Positions 55,303-64,000 of a DNA stretch of 64,000 bases are shown here, one piece after another (the first letter of the stretch is position 1; each line of letters opens with the position of its first letter). A program made the position numbers and the translations under genes. The notes beneath the pieces were generated by a model. That model did no database searches. It saw only the letters and a list, made by a program, of their open reading frames with translations, and was not told where the DNA came from. This DNA is from Sedimentisphaerales bacterium (GTDB lineage Bacteria; Planctomycetota; Phycisphaerae; Sedimentisphaerales; SM23-30). The stretch covers positions 32,001 through 96,000 of the forward strand of contig CAXXFK010000033.1 of NCBI GenBank assembly GCA_963663965.2. The letters run 5' to 3'.

Positions 55303-56194
55303 ACGGATTATTGAAATCTCCAAAGCCAAAACATATCTGTCAGTTAGAAATGAGCAACTCATTATCAGGCAGGAAGAGGAATTATCGGCGCAAATTCCCT
55401 GCGAAGATGTCGGGTTATTGATTATCGATCATAACGGGACGACTTACACTCACAGTGTTTTTACGAATCTGATTAAGCATGGGGCCGCAATAGTGTTTTG
55501 CGGAAGCGATCATCATCCATGCGGTTATTTATTGCCAACCGCACATAATAGTTTGCAGAGCGCAAGGTTAAGGTATCAAATTGCCGCAAGTGAACCACTA
55601 AAGAAAAGATTATGGAAACAAATTATCAAGGCAAAAATTTTTCATCAGGCCTCTGTGGTTGGTGAAGAAAGCAGCGCTTATGCAGGGCTAAGAGCATTAG
55701 CCCGTCAGGTTAAAAGCGGGGACCCCGACAACAAGGAAGCCCAAGCCAGTAAATTATTCTGGAAATATTTTCTGGCAGAAAGCCGATTCCGACGCGGCCG
55801 GGACGGACCAGCTCCCAATAACCTGCTCAATTATGGTTATGCCATTTTAAGAGCAGCGATAGCACGAGCAATAGTCGGTTCAGGATTGAATCCTTCTATT
55901 GGCATTAAACATTGCAGTCAATATAATGCTTTTTGTCTGGCAGATGACCTTATCGAACCTTTTCGTGGTTTTATTGAAGCAAAAGTATTAAATATATGGC
56001 AAGAGGTTCGGGAGGGGGAAGAAGCGGATGAGTTAAGCCAGGCTATGAAATCGCAATTATTGGAGGTGTTATATCAGCAGGTTAAATTCGGGGATTATTC
56101 CGGTCCTTTAATGGTCGGCTTGCATCGGGTAACCGGAGCGTTGGTCAAATGTTATACTGGAGAAGAAAAACAATTGGTATTACCTGATTTATGA
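55295..56194 (+). CDS. cas1: Cas1 (type II)
   Basis: IPCEDV, SGDPDNKEAQA, NNLLNYGYAILR and NAFCLADDLIEPFR motifs. Confidence 0.96.
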   Translation: MIKRIIEISKAKTYLSVRNEQLIIRQEEELSAQIPCEDVGLLIIDHNGTTYTHSVFTNLIKHGAAIVFCGSDHHPCGYLLPTAHNSLQSARLRYQIAASEPLKKRLWKQIIKAKIFHQASVVGEESSAYAGLRALARQVKSGDPDNKEAQASKLFWKYFLAESRFRRGRDGPAPNNLLNYGYAILRAAIARAIVGSGLNPSIGIKHCSQYNAFCLADDLIEPFRGFIEAKVLNIWQEVREGEEADELSQAMKSQLLEVLYQQVKFGDYSGPLMVGLHRVTGALVKCYTGEEKQLVLPDL

Positions 56195-56529
56195 TAGAAC
56201 TGAGTTTAAGTGGATATCGAGTTGTGTGGATTATTGCCATGTTTGATTTGCCTACGGACACCAAACAGGCCAAAAAGGATTACGCCTTGTTTAGGAAGAA
56301 TCTTTTGAAAGATGGATTTGCTATGTTACAATATTCGGTATATGTCAGGCATTGCGCCAGTGAGGAAAACGCCGATGTACATTTTGAACGGGTCAAGAAT
56401 TTTCTGCCACCGGAAGGTGAGGTTCGATTGCTTAAGATTACTGACAAGCAATATGGGCGTATTGAGACCTACTGGGGAAAGAAAAGAAAACCACAAGAAC
56501 CGACCCCAAAACAGTTGGAGCTGTTCTGA
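56191..56529 (+). CDS. cas2: Cas2
   Basis: MFDLPT, FRKNLLKDGFAMLQYSVY and ITDKQY motifs. Confidence 0.96.
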   Translation: MIELSLSGYRVVWIIAMFDLPTDTKQAKKDYALFRKNLLKDGFAMLQYSVYVRHCASEENADVHFERVKNFLPPEGEVRLLKITDKQYGRIETYWGKKRKPQEPTPKQLELF

Positions 56530-56585
56530 AAAAATATCTAAAAAACACCATAAATATCATGGTTTCATTGGGTTATGGAAAATGT

Positions 56586-57744
56586 AGTGTAAATAATCTT
56601 GGCCTGTTGTCAATCCACAACATTACGGACCCCGCAATAATTAAAAATAATAGTGTAAATAATCTTGGCCTGTTGTCAATCCACAACCTGGGATAAATCG
56701 GCTACTTCTACCGGAGAGTGTAAATAATCTTGGCCTGTTGTCAATCCACAACGTATTAGCGTCAGCGGCCACAAGTAATCCAAGTGTAAATAATCTTGGC
56801 CTGTTGTCAATCCACAACAAAACCATCTCCATATAATCAAATTCTGTCAGTGTAAATAATCTTGGCCTGTTGTCAATCCACAACTTCTGGCCCTTTACGT
56901 GCAAATAACGGCAGAGTGTAAATAATCTTGGCCTGTTGTCAATCCACAACATGTATGCCTCATCGAATCCAATGTTAGTAAGTGTAAATAATCTTGGCCT
57001 GTTGTCAATCCACAACTCCGGTGACCTACGATTACACCGATACTATAGTGTAAATAATCTTGGCCTGTTGTCAATCCACAACCCGGCTATCCGATCCGGT
57101 TGCTGTGCCATAAGTGTAAATAATCTTGGCCTGTTGTCAATCCACAACTCTAACTCGACATAACTTTCTGGGCTTTCAAGTGTAAATAATCTTGGCCTGT
57201 TGTCAATCCACAACCTTGTGGATGCTGCCAAATAATCTGGATCAAGTGTAAATAATCTTGGCCTGTTGTCAATCCACAACTAATTAGACAATTTACGACA
57301 ATAGATAAACAGTGTAAATAATCTTGGCCTGTTGTCAATCCACAACGAAATGAGCAGTTTAAACGATGAAATCATAGTGTAAATAATCTTGGCCTGTTGT
57401 CAATCCACAACTCCACGATTACCATGTCGGGGCGCAAGGATAGTGTAAATAATCTTGGCCTGTTGTCAATCCACAACGAGGCCCATAGGATCAGCGGAGA
57501 ATTGTTAAGTGTAAATAATCTTGGCCTGTTGTCAATCCACAACAACCAATTTCTATCTTAACAACCTCGTTGTCAAAGTGTAAATAATCTTGGCCTGTTG
57601 TCAATCCACAACAAACGGTCAACAACAGCGCGGCGCTGGCCAAGTGTAAATAATCTTGGCCTGTTGTCAATCCACAACAGTGGCTTGGGTGGAACTCCAG
57701 CCAGCCCGAGTGTAAATAATCTTGGCCTGTTGTCAATCCACAAC
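56586..57744 (-). CRISPR. CRISPR array: 18 identical 36-bp repeats and 17 spacers (29-33 nt)
   Basis: Repeat on the minus strand GTTGTGGATTGACAACAGGCCAAGATTATTTACACT; orientation inferred from tracrRNA complementarity. Confidence 0.99.
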
Positions 57745-57774
57745 TAAAGAAAGCTGATTTGGAGAAATTAAAGA

Positions 57775-58182
57775 AGGGCAACCACGGGGGGATTGCCCGT
57801 ACGGAGGGAATTTCACGGACGTTCACGGACCGGCACAGACGGGCACGGACGGGTATGGGGGAATCGTGGGCGGGATGGTTGTGGTGTGGAGAGAGGTTTG
57901 AGAATTGAAAAATAAACAAAACGGGTGGGTGATGGAGGAATGCGTGGGGGAAATTGGGGATTGAATGGGAGGGGGGTGTGAATTGGAGAAATTAAAGAAG
58001 GGCAACCACGGGGGGATTGCCCGTACAGGGGGGGAAGATAATCACGGGCAAGATGCCCGTGCCACGGGGGGTTGCCTGGACGGGGGGGAAGAATCGGGGG
58101 AGGGCAACCACGGGGGGATTGCCCGTACGGGGGGGAAGATAATCACGGGCAAGATGCCCGTGCCACGGGGGGTTGCCCGTAC
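57775..58182 (-). repeat. Cluster of REP-like hairpins and a CACGGAC tandem
   Basis: GGCAACCACGGGGGGATTGCCCGTAC x3 plus partial copies; CACGGGCAAGATGCCCGTGCCAC x2; CACGGAC-type tandem near 57832-57850. Confidence 0.8.
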
Positions 58183-58185
58183 GGG

Positions 58186-59631
58186 TTATGCCTGATAGTT
58201 GGGGTTGGGTCTGGGCATTCTGGCTTGGGTGTGTTGGAGCCAGGCAGTGAGTTTCTGTTCGAGTTGCTGGACTTTATCGGGGAGTTGATCGGCGAGGTTG
58301 GTGGATTCGGGGAGGTCCTCTTTTAGATTGAACAGTTCGATGGTGTTGGGGCCGTCGTAGTGTTTGATCAGCTTCCAGTGGCCGCTGCGGATGGCGCTGT
58401 AGGGGAATTCGTAAGCGCCGCGGTAGTGGGGGAAGTGCCAGAAGAGATCGGAGCGGGTGAGTTGGGATTGGCCGGTGAGTTCACCGAGCAGGCTGACGCC
58501 GTCGATTTCGCGGCCTGCGGGCAGGGGGCGGCCGACGATCTGGCAGATGGTGGGCAGGACGTCGATGCTGCAAATGGGGGTGGCGCTGGTGGTATTGGCG
58601 GGGATGACGCCGGGCCATTTGAACAGCCAGGGTTCGCGAACGCCGCCTTCGTAAGCGTAGCCTTTGCCCGCGCGGAGGGGCTGGTTGTCGGTGATGGGTT
58701 CGAGGCCGCCGTTGTCGGAGGTGAAGATGACCAGGGTGTTACTGGTGAGGTTGAGGGCTTCGATTTTGTTGAGCATGGCGCCGACGGCGTCGTCGACACT
58801 CTTGATCATGGCGGCGTAATCGGCGCGGAGGTGTTCCCAGCCGGCGGGTTTGGGTTTGTTTTTGAAATAGTCGGTGTAGTCTTTGCGGGCCTGAATGGGG
58901 GTGTGGACGGCGTAATGGGCCATGTAAAGGAAGAAGGGTTTATTGTTGGCGGCGGCGTTCTGGATGAAATTGACGGCTTCGTCGGCCAGCCGGTCGGTCA
59001 GGTATTCGCCTTCCTGGCGGTCGGGGAGAGTGGGGATCTGGCAGGGATCGAAATAGCCTTTGAAGGGATGGCCCCAACTGCAGCCGCCGATATTGATGTC
59101 GAAGCCTTGAGAGGGCGGGTAGAAGCTGGTGCCGCCCAGGTGCCATTTGCCGATGTGACCGGTCTGGTAATCGCATTGCTTGAGGACTTCGGCAATGGTG
59201 ACATCCGCGGGTTCGAGGAAGACATGATTTTGGGGGGTGTCGAGTTTCCATTTGGGATTGGTGTCGAAGCCCTGGGGGTTTTCGGTGGCTTCGCTGGGCC
59301 GGATCCAGTCGGTGATCCCGATGCGGGCCGGGTAGCGGCCGGTGAGCAGGGCGGCCCGAGTGGGTGAACAGACGCAACAGGCGGCGTAGCCATCGGTGAA
59401 CTCCATGCCCTGGGTGCGGAGTTTATCGATATTGGGGGATTCGTACCAGGTGTTGCCGTAGCGGCGGGCCGTATAGGCGACGTCGGCCCAGCCGAGGTCA
59501 TCAATATGGATGAGGAGAATGTTGGGCTTGCGGGGCTTGAAGGCGGCTTTGGTCATCTGGCAACCCAGCGTGGGTAAGAGGGTGGAGAGTCCTGCTATGC
59601 CTGCGGTTTTGAGGAATGCTCTGCGGTTCAT
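58186..59631 (-). CDS. Formylglycine-dependent sulfatase with a Tat signal
   Basis: MNRRAFLK; NILLIHIDDLG; CSPTRAALLTG; GKWHLG; FTSDNG. Confidence 0.95.
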   Translation of the reverse strand: MNRRAFLKTAGIAGLSTLLPTLGCQMTKAAFKPRKPNILLIHIDDLGWADVAYTARRYGNTWYESPNIDKLRTQGMEFTDGYAACCVCSPTRAALLTGRYPARIGITDWIRPSEATENPQGFDTNPKWKLDTPQNHVFLEPADVTIAEVLKQCDYQTGHIGKWHLGGTSFYPPSQGFDINIGGCSWGHPFKGYFDPCQIPTLPDRQEGEYLTDRLADEAVNFIQNAAANNKPFFLYMAHYAVHTPIQARKDYTDYFKNKPKPAGWEHLRADYAAMIKSVDDAVGAMLNKIEALNLTSNTLVIFTSDNGGLEPITDNQPLRAGKGYAYEGGVREPWLFKWPGVIPANTTSATPICSIDVLPTICQIVGRPLPAGREIDGVSLLGELTGQSQLTRSDLFWHFPHYRGAYEFPYSAIRSGHWKLIKHYDGPNTIELFNLKEDLPESTNLADQLPDKVQQLEQKLTAWLQHTQARMPRPNPNYQA

Positions 59632-59841
59632 GGGGTGGCCTCGTTTCTGTGGATCAAATCGTAATAGAGGAAATTGGTTTACAGTGATATTCCGTTGTTT
59701 ATGATATGGCCAGGATGAGTTTAATGGGTTTTTTGGAGAGTTTCCAGTGAAAAGGATAAAAGGGTAGTGTCATTTAACTTTAATTTTCACAAGTGGTTAT
59801 GGTGGAATAGGGTAAGGGTGGAATTTTAATGACTTTTTTCT

Positions 59842-59891
59842 TTGAACAGAGGGCAGTATTTTGCGTATAATTAGATGCAACTGAGTTGCGT
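59842..59891 (+). promoter_or_regulatory. Promoter with a palindromic Fur/Zur-type operator over the start site
   Basis: TTGAAC-18 bp-TATAAT, then ATGCAAC-TGA-GTTGCGT at 59875-59891. Confidence 0.65.
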
Positions 59892-59922
59892 TAAGAATTT
59901 TGAACCGTTACTGTGGAGTTTT

Positions 59923-60789
59923 ATGGAAAAGCAATCACGTTTCAGGCATATATTACAAGAGCTTCTGTGTCACAGTCCTTATACGATGGTGGGCGCGGTG
60001 GCGGGAATCGCGTTTATGCTGATTTTCCGTCATTTTGGCCAGGAGGCGGGATCGACGCTGTTTCGGGTGTTTCATCCGGCCCATGTGGTTTTGTCGGCGA
60101 TGGTGACGGCTTCGCTGTTCCGGATCCACAGTATCAAGAAATCATTTATTACGGTGCTGCTGGTGGGTTATTTCGGATCGATCGGGATTGCGACGCTGAG
60201 CGATTGTGTGATTCCATTTTTTGGTGAAGAGATATTAGGGGTGGCGGTGCCCTCTCATGCCGAGATTCATGACGCGCCGGAAGTGGAAGCGGGGCATGTG
60301 CATGGTCCGGATTGTGATCATGAGGCGGAGATGGTGGCTGTTGCGGAACAGGATGAGCACGAGCATGCACTGGCCGCGGAAGGAGAGGAAGAGCCCGACC
60401 ACGCGCATGGTTCGGTTCATGATCATGCCCACGGATTGCATCTGGGCTTTATCGAGGAGTGGTATCTGGTGAATCCGGCGGCGCTGCTGGGGATATTCAT
60501 CGCGATGTGGGTGCCGCGTACCCGGTTTCCGCATGCGATGCATGTGTTGGTGAGTACCTGGGCGTCGTCGGCGCATATGTTGATGAATACGCAGGCGGAG
60601 CTGACCGGGATGATTCTGCTGGGGATGTTTGTGGTGCTGTTTATCGCGGTGTGGCTGCCATGCTGTGTGAGCGATATTGTATTTCCATTGCTGTTTGTGA
60701 AGGGAGATATCGGGATGGCGTGCCGCTGCCGTTGTGCGCATCATGATGAAGAAACTGCCGGGGAGCATGGCCATGAAGCCGTCTGCTGA
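59923..60789 (+). CDS. His-rich multi-TM membrane protein (putative metal transporter)
   Basis: GGAG RBS; about 6 TM helices; FHPAHV; HVHGPDC and HAHG in a central loop; PCCVSDIVFP. Confidence 0.75.
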   Translation: MEKQSRFRHILQELLCHSPYTMVGAVAGIAFMLIFRHFGQEAGSTLFRVFHPAHVVLSAMVTASLFRIHSIKKSFITVLLVGYFGSIGIATLSDCVIPFFGEEILGVAVPSHAEIHDAPEVEAGHVHGPDCDHEAEMVAVAEQDEHEHALAAEGEEEPDHAHGSVHDHAHGLHLGFIEEWYLVNPAALLGIFIAMWVPRTRFPHAMHVLVSTWASSAHMLMNTQAELTGMILLGMFVVLFIAVWLPCCVSDIVFPLLFVKGDIGMACRCRCAHHDEETAGEHGHEAVC

Positions 60790-61207
60790 AGTGGAGGTGC
60801 GGGCACGCAAGATGCTGAGCGCGGCCGGTTTGCGCTGTACTCCGGGACGCATGGGGATTATCGAGGCGCTGATGGGAGGCGGTGGGCCGATGTCGGAGCA
60901 GCAGATATTGGATGAGATGGGAAAGACCGGATTGAATAAGACCACGGTGTACCGGGCGATCCATAGTTTTGTGGAGAATGGGATTGTGCATCAGGCCTAT
61001 ATCAAGGACCGGACGGCGTTTTTTGAGTTGGGCCATCGCTGCGGTCATCGGCAGTGTCATCCGCATTTTACCTGCACGCAATGCGGCAAGACGGAGTGTC
61101 TGCCGGAGACGCATCTGCCGCTGGCGGAGGTGGCGGGAGGGTTTAAGGTCACGCGACAGAAAGTGGAACTGGAAGGATTGTGTCCGAAGTGTCATGAGAA
61201 TTGCTAA
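60773..61207 (+). CDS. Fur-family regulator (possibly Zur)
   Basis: GLRCTPGR, TTVYR, HPHFTCTQCG and GLCPKC motifs. Confidence 0.9.
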   Translation: MKPSAEVEVRARKMLSAAGLRCTPGRMGIIEALMGGGGPMSEQQILDEMGKTGLNKTTVYRAIHSFVENGIVHQAYIKDRTAFFELGHRCGHRQCHPHFTCTQCGKTECLPETHLPLAEVAGGFKVTRQKVELEGLCPKCHENC

Positions 61208-61544
61208 CTGGATAATTTGGCCGGCGTTAACGCTGTTTATCATGGTAAACAGCGGGGCGGCACAGTTTGTCCATATCTGTGAGCATCATTGCGGGCACGT
61301 TGAGAGCGAAACTCCCAGGCAAGAGGAAGAAACACCGGGGCATCATCATGGCAGTCACGATTGTCAGATTTGTCAGACATTCATGAGTCTGACGAAAGTT
61401 GTGATTACGGGATTACCGTTGATCGTGTCGGTTGAGATGCCGGTTATCGAAACCGGCGATCTGAAAATTTATCCAATCCAAAGTCAGGCGGAAAGTGTCA
61501 CAAGCACCCGGGGCCCGCCGATTTTATCAAGTTTGTCAGGTTGA
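61194..61544 (+). CDS. DUF2946-like His/Cys-rich small protein
   Basis: N-terminal TM; HHHGSHDCQICQ; C-terminal RGPP. Confidence 0.7.
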   Translation: MRIANWIIWPALTLFIMVNSGAAQFVHICEHHCGHVESETPRQEEETPGHHHGSHDCQICQTFMSLTKVVITGLPLIVSVEMPVIETGDLKIYPIQSQAESVTSTRGPPILSSLSG

Positions 61545-61822
61545 GTACCCAGTAATATTGCATCCAAATTCTGGAAGCCAGACTGAGTCTAACGATGGCG
61601 TTAAGACATTGTGTAGATCGCTAATCCGTCCGGCTGAAGGTTTGGCCTAGTCATATCATCACGGGTATTCAATCGCAACCTGGTCGATGCCAATCTTACT
61701 GAGATGGTAGTACAACTAGAGATGGTTCGAACCAGGATTGCCATGTCGGATGTTTATGTAAGTTAAAAGTTAGCGATTAAGACAGACTTGATGAAATGTT
61801 TATAACCGATTGGAGAAAATTT

Positions 61823-62683
61823 ATGAACTTGTTAAAATTATGTTTGAGTGTTTTATTGTGTTTGGCGGTTTGGCCGGTTTTGTCTATTGCCGATACTGGC
61901 GGTCACTCAGTGGCGCATACCCATATTGGCATTAATCCCAGCTGGCAGCCGGACTGGTCGGACCCGGGTAACAGCGCGCTGGCGGTAGATACCGATAGTA
62001 CGGACGATAATCAATTGTGGTTTTTTTCGGTTCCGCCGGTGCATCCCGTGGCGGCTACGCCAGGCTGGCCGAATTGGGGCGTCAGCGGCGAAACTCCTTT
62101 TTTGCATCTGACCCCAGTGCTGGAAGCGGATGAGGTGATTTTGAAAGGCGATGGCAGCGGGAAGATGCTGTGGACGTGCGATTTTCTGTACAGCCAGGAT
62201 GGCGGGTATGGCGATGCCGCCGGTTATGATCATCTGGATGGCTGGCATTCGGCGTTTGGGCCGCAGGGAGTGTGGAATCTCGATGGGGGGACGATCGATC
62301 AGGCGCCCGGCTGGGCGATCTATTTGAAGCGGGAAAGCACTTCGGTTGAGGAATCCGACTTTATGGCGTTATTGCCGGATGACACCGCCGTATTGACGAG
62401 TGACGGCAGCGAGGTATTACTGGAACAGGAATGGCTGGCGGATGAGGGCGCTTGGGGGATCCATGAGCATATGGGATTTTATTTCTGGTTGACGCCCGAG
62501 GTCGGCCAGGAGGTATCCGTCACGTTCACGGCTTACGATGGCAGTGGACTGTATGCCGCATCCGATCCATATACAATGAACTTTGTAACCGTGCCGGAGC
62601 CGGCGACGCTGGGATTGATCATAACGGGGATCGCGTTTTTACGTAAAAGGAACAACCCCTGTTTTAAGGTAAACCGATTATGA
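61823..62683 (+). CDS. PEP-CTERM surface protein with His motifs
   Basis: Signal peptide; HSVAHTH; IHEH; VPEPATLGL-TM-RKR. Confidence 0.88.
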   Translation: MNLLKLCLSVLLCLAVWPVLSIADTGGHSVAHTHIGINPSWQPDWSDPGNSALAVDTDSTDDNQLWFFSVPPVHPVAATPGWPNWGVSGETPFLHLTPVLEADEVILKGDGSGKMLWTCDFLYSQDGGYGDAAGYDHLDGWHSAFGPQGVWNLDGGTIDQAPGWAIYLKRESTSVEESDFMALLPDDTAVLTSDGSEVLLEQEWLADEGAWGIHEHMGFYFWLTPEVGQEVSVTFTAYDGSGLYAASDPYTMNFVTVPEPATLGLIITGIAFLRKRNNPCFKVNRL

Positions 62684-63462
62684 TTATGGTATCTTCGATT
62701 CGAAGCGGTCTACGCCGCTTCGAATCTTTTCGTTTGCGAGGATTTACATTGATAGAATTGCTGGTGGTGGTGTCGATCATCGCGCTGTTGATCGCGATCC
62801 TGATGCCGGCGTTGGGCCGGGCCCGTCAATCGGCCAGGAAAGTTGCCTGTATGAGCAACGTTCGGCAGATGGGAATCGCGTGCCAGGAATATCTCAGCGA
62901 GTACGACGGCCACCTGCCCCCCAGCTCCTGTCATATTACCAAACCTGAGGATTACTGGATATTTATTCTGGGGCACTATACTCAATCGGAATTATTGTTT
63001 CGTTGTCCGGCGGAAAAAGTAGACAACTTTGTCGACTGGGATATTCCATTATCGGAACAGAGAGACCGGCGATATTCCAGTTTTTGCGTGAATCAACTGC
63101 TTGATCCCGTGTGTTATCGATATGGTTACAAGGAGAACCGATACAATAAAGTCGGTAATATTAAAAGGCCGATGGATTGTATCTGGATCGCGGAAGCGCC
63201 GGATAAGGCGACTTTTTATCTGGCGGATCATATTCATCCGGAGAGCTGGGAAGGGGCGCTCGATAACGCGAAAGAGTATATCGCCTGGGACCGTCACCTG
63301 GGTCGGAGTCATTATCTGTTTGTGGACGGTCATGTAGGAGACTTGGAGTTGGAGGAAACGTATTGGATCAGGGATGTAGTAGAATCGGGGGATTCTTATC
63401 GTATTTCGGGTCAGTGCTATTGGTATCCGGATTCGGCACCGGGCTGGCCCGGCAATTTGTAA
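62680..63462 (+). CDS. Prepilin-type N-terminal cleavage/methylation protein with an H-X9-DG motif
   Basis: GFTLIELLVVVSIIALLIAILMPAL; C-terminal RHLGRSHYLFVDGHV. Confidence 0.92.
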   Translation: MIMVSSIRSGLRRFESFRLRGFTLIELLVVVSIIALLIAILMPALGRARQSARKVACMSNVRQMGIACQEYLSEYDGHLPPSSCHITKPEDYWIFILGHYTQSELLFRCPAEKVDNFVDWDIPLSEQRDRRYSSFCVNQLLDPVCYRYGYKENRYNKVGNIKRPMDCIWIAEAPDKATFYLADHIHPESWEGALDNAKEYIAWDRHLGRSHYLFVDGHVGDLELEETYWIRDVVESGDSYRISGQCYWYPDSAPGWPGNL

Positions 63463-63647
63463 TTTGATGGCAGGAGATTTATACTCATCCGTTATGGCTA
63501 TAACCGAACGCCTGGTATTTATAGACGTGAAGCATCGCGTTTCTACGTGAATCCAGGCGGGCATTTTCTATATTAAGACAACGACTGCCAGTATAAGTTC
63601 ATGAAGAGGTGTTGTATAGCAATACTGATTTATTGTGGAGATGACCC

Positions 63648-64000
63648 ATGAAGAAATTTTGTCTATTGTTTATATTGTGGGGATTTGGTGGCGCAATGTC
63701 GCTGGCGGAATGCCCATTGGATCATTTTGTAATTGGAGTGAATGAAGATGGCGTGGCGGGCACGGATGATGATACCCGGCTGTTTGTGAATTGCGAGCAA
63801 AAGTATCGTCATTGCGATACGTGGTATTATTCATTGAGCAGCAGCATCTACCCAACGTATCGGTACCGGATTGGCGAGCCGGGTTTTGATATCTATCAGG
63901 ATACCAATGCGAACGCGGTTTATACTTATGATCCGAACCATGCGCCCGGGGGCGTGCCGGAAACGGATTTCCGGATCGAGGTTCGTATTTTGAGTCTGTC
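63648..64000 (+). CDS. Secreted protein, truncated by the window end
   Basis: GGAG RBS; MKKFCLLFILWGFGGAMSLA-ECPLDHFVIG...; frame stays open to the edge. Confidence 0.7.
   Translation, partial: MKKFCLLFILWGFGGAMSLAECPLDHFVIGVNEDGVAGTDDDTRLFVNCEQKYRHCDTWYYSLSSSIYPTYRYRIGEPGFDIYQDTNANAVYTYDPNHAPGGVPETDFRIEVRILSL

Noticed and set aside
56622..57708. Self-targeting or duplicated spacers
   Set aside because: None seen by eye within the window. The 33-nt spacer 15 begins with an extra AAC, probably slippage. A computed search is still needed.
56641..57919. ORFs with repeated WIDNRPRLFTL or CGLTTGQDYLH peptides
   Set aside because: They are translations of the CRISPR repeats.
59875..59922. Longer ATG start for the His-rich membrane protein
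   Set aside because: The ATG lies within the operator just after the -10 element and has no RBS; 59923 has GGAG.

Overview
This 64-kb window looks like a Planctomycetota chromosome, probably Phycisphaerae/Sedimentisphaerales. That is an inference from the Tat-signal sulfatase, the prepilin-type H-X9-DG protein, the dockerin-like C-termini, PEP-CTERM, DUF2617 and the 23S-5S operon without 16S. It encodes mainly glycan-degrading and secreted proteins (GH50-like, GH27, a frameshifted GH38, a sulfatase, an SGNH hydrolase). It also holds a tRNA-Ile/tRNA-Ala/23S/5S locus, an IS21 element nested inside an IS4-family element, a complete type II-C CRISPR-Cas9 locus (tracrRNA, cas9-cas1-cas2, 18 repeats) and a putative Zur-controlled zinc/metal operon. 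The least explained signal is a set of non-coding modular repeat fields at 6.2-6.8, 11.5-12.8, 49.9-51.5 and 57.8-58.2 kb. They share motifs, show compensatory changes in hairpins, bracket an AT-rich two-gene island and the Cas9 locus, and flip orientation together with an extreme local C/G strand skew. All family calls come from motif recognition by eye; no searches were run.
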